From the human T2T-CHM13v2.0 reference genome, Homo sapiens, in assembly GCA_009914755.4 (NCBI GenBank), contig CP068257.2, forward strand, positions 42,912,001 through 42,976,000: a stretch of 64,000 nt of DNA, in the 5' to 3' direction. Numbering within the stretch: the stretch's first letter is position 1; each line of letters starts with the position of its first letter. Below, piece by piece: positions 61,634-64,000 of this stretch. Made by a program: the position numbers and the translations under genes. The notes beneath the pieces were generated by a model. It was not told the origin of the DNA. It saw only the letters and a program-made list of their open reading frames with translations, and ran no database searches.

Positions 61634-64000
61634 CTCTCCTTGGTCACCTGATTCTCTTTTCCTGTTGTTCTCCTGGGAGGACACACGGTTTTGAGCTGAC
61701 ATTGGTCTCCTCCAGCCATGACCGTTTCTAGGAGTGAGTTACTTAACCTAGAAGTCACAAGGGACAGTGGCCTAACTCCTCCAGGGGGTCACCAGGTGGG
61801 ACTCACGGTCACTCCCAGGAAGGCTCAGTCCCGGCTCAGCCCCTGTGACCGGGTCTTCCTGAGCCTGGTCATTCGCTGTAGTGCCCTGGGCTGTGGGGCT
61901 CTCCAGGCCCCAGGACCAACCCACCCACTGTCCCACCTGGGAGAGCCCACCCTACAGAGTCACCTGCCGGGAAGCTGGCCTGGGTTCCGGGCACTGCAGC
62001 CTCCAGGCCTGGTCACCCTCCCTGTGTGCCGCCCGCCCGAGGGTTCTGCTCGCTTAGCAGCAATGCGAGGGGAGAGGGAGGGGCTGCTGCACCTGCGCAG
62101 GAGACAAGGGACTCGATGGGAACAAAAGCATCATGGAGTGGGTGGAGGGACACACAGGATTCCCCCAGGATCTTGATGGAGACAAAAGCATCATGGGGTG
62201 GGTGGAGGGATGGGATGGGGGGATGCTTGCTGCCGACTGGGACATTCCCCAAGGCCCGCCGCCCCTGCCCCTGAAATGTGTGTCCTTCACGTCGTTTAGG
62301 TGCGCGACTTATGATTTTCAAGGCTTGTCCCTAATCTCTCCCAGGCCAGGCCTGGCCAGGTTCTTCAAGGCCCTGTGGCTCTGCCGCCCCGACCGGGGTC
62401 AGGGGTCCACACGGCTCCAGCTCAGGCCTCTCCTCCTCCCACCCTGCCCAGCGGCATAGGGACTGCCCCTGCTCTGCTGGGCTTGCCCATCCTGCCGTAG
62501 GTCCCTCACCTGATGACGCCATGAGCTCCTGCTCTGGTGTCTGTCGGGGTGTCTGGTGTCTGTCTCTGGGGACCTCAGCTCCCCCATCTTGCTCTGTCCA
62601 CAGCATCAAGCCCCCCGCCCACTGCTTTGACCATTCACGATCTGTGACGCCAGCGTCACTCTCCCCCTCTACACCCATTCAAGCACAGCACACGGTCTGA
62701 GCTGGGGATGGCCGTCCCCACTGACGTCAGGCAGCCCTAAGTTGGCCTGTGCCGTGCACTTTGCATCACCAGCATGGGGACAGCGCCCAGAGACACGACC
62801 AGTAGTCACTGTGGCTGGAGGGAGCCCGGCTCCACAAGAGGCACCGTCCCCAGGGGGCTGTCAGGGTGGGCTCCCTTGCAGACAGGGAGTCCAAGAAACC
62901 TCTGCCATTCGTGAGTGACCAATCCCAGGGCCCAGGCGAGGGTGGAACAGAGTCCCTGGTCTGCCCTTCTCTCCTCCCAGTTCCAGGCTCGGTTCCTGGC
63001 AGGGCCGTGTGGCCGGGCTCCGGAACGTTCCTACTGGCCCCTCTCCCCTCTGACGGGGCCTGCCTGGGGGTGTTGGGCTGGGGGGACCATCACCAGCAGA
63101 CAGATGAATGCATGACAGACTTCTCCAATGAGACACACAGAGCAAGAGTTCAAGAAGACTCTGATGTGCTTGACTCCATAAGCAGACAGTAACCTCTCTA
63201 TGCCACAAGACGACAGCAGAAAACCAGTGAAAAAGGAAGCCACGGTGTGTGAGAAGACACTCGACCGAGAAGATTTCAATGAGACAAAAGCATAAACTCC
63301 CAGGAGGAAATAGGCATGGACAGGCTACTCCCACCCAGCGGCCCAAATGGCCTTGGAACATGAGACATCGGCACCCCTGGAAGGCAGGCACCTGCCGACA
63401 GGAACCCCAGGCACCTCACCCCACCTGTCCTGGAAGAAAAAGCTGGACACACCCATCGCTCACCGGACGTGGCAGGCAGGAGCTCCAGCTGGCTGTGGAA
63501 ATGGGGGATTGGCACCACTGCTTTGGGAAGAGGCGGGGCCGTATCCTACCATGTGAGAGGCCCTCCTGGACTCCGCCATGGGCAGTGCTGAAAAATCTCC
63601 GGCGCATGTACGTAAGCGGCACTGTTTGTTACCATGAAAAATTAGAAACAACCTAAATATCCATCCACGAGGGAATGGAGGCGAATGGAGCCAGCGCCGC
63701 ACCACGGGGAGGCCCTGCACGAGGGCCGTGCGCTCACCCGACCCGCACACACGCAGGAGCGCGAGTGCCCAGGCTGCGGAAGAGAGTCCAGGCCGCACAG
63801 GTGCCAAGCGAGGCAGCGCTCTCTGGCCTGGGGACACGCTGTAGCAGTTTGTGTAAATAAGTGGATGGGATCCCACCTCTCAGCGGATTTTCCAGAGAAA
63901 TAGCTGGGGGATTAAAGACATTTTTACCATGGAATTAATGACAGCGGGGATCTCACCACCCAGCTTAACCAGATGTCATTAATTCCATAACCAAAGGTTT

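Overview
This window is primate, almost certainly human, nuclear DNA, not a prokaryotic or accessory-element locus. It carries eight or more Alu SINEs, L1 ORF2/ORF1 remnants, MaLR (THE1/MST) LTRs and microsatellites. The core content is six intronless, cysteine-rich keratin-associated protein genes of the high-sulfur KRTAP10 family, with strands -,+,-,-,+,+ and product lengths of 221, 401, 271, 370, 370 and 259 aa. That order, orientation and length pattern matches the chr21q22.3 KRTAP10 cluster, KRTAP10-3 through KRTAP10-8, read centromere to telomere on the reference + strand. This cluster is known to lie inside introns of TSPEAR, which is a minus-strand gene. Each gene shows the same promoter layout, an AATAAA about 240-430 nt past its stop codon, and a conserved 3' flank. 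I found no CRISPR array, operon or plausible novel system. The long ORFs antisense to the KRTAP genes, and ORFs inside repeats, are artefacts. Points worth checking: the lost first ATG in KRTAP10-4; a conserved promoter module (CAACAAGGAAGGG, then GGACAACA, then TATAAAAG, then a (CTCACT)n 5'UTR); head-to-head near-identical gene pairs; three minisatellites; an L1 with an inverted 5' segment; and a candidate minus-strand exon near 16.2-16.4 kb that may belong to the host gene.
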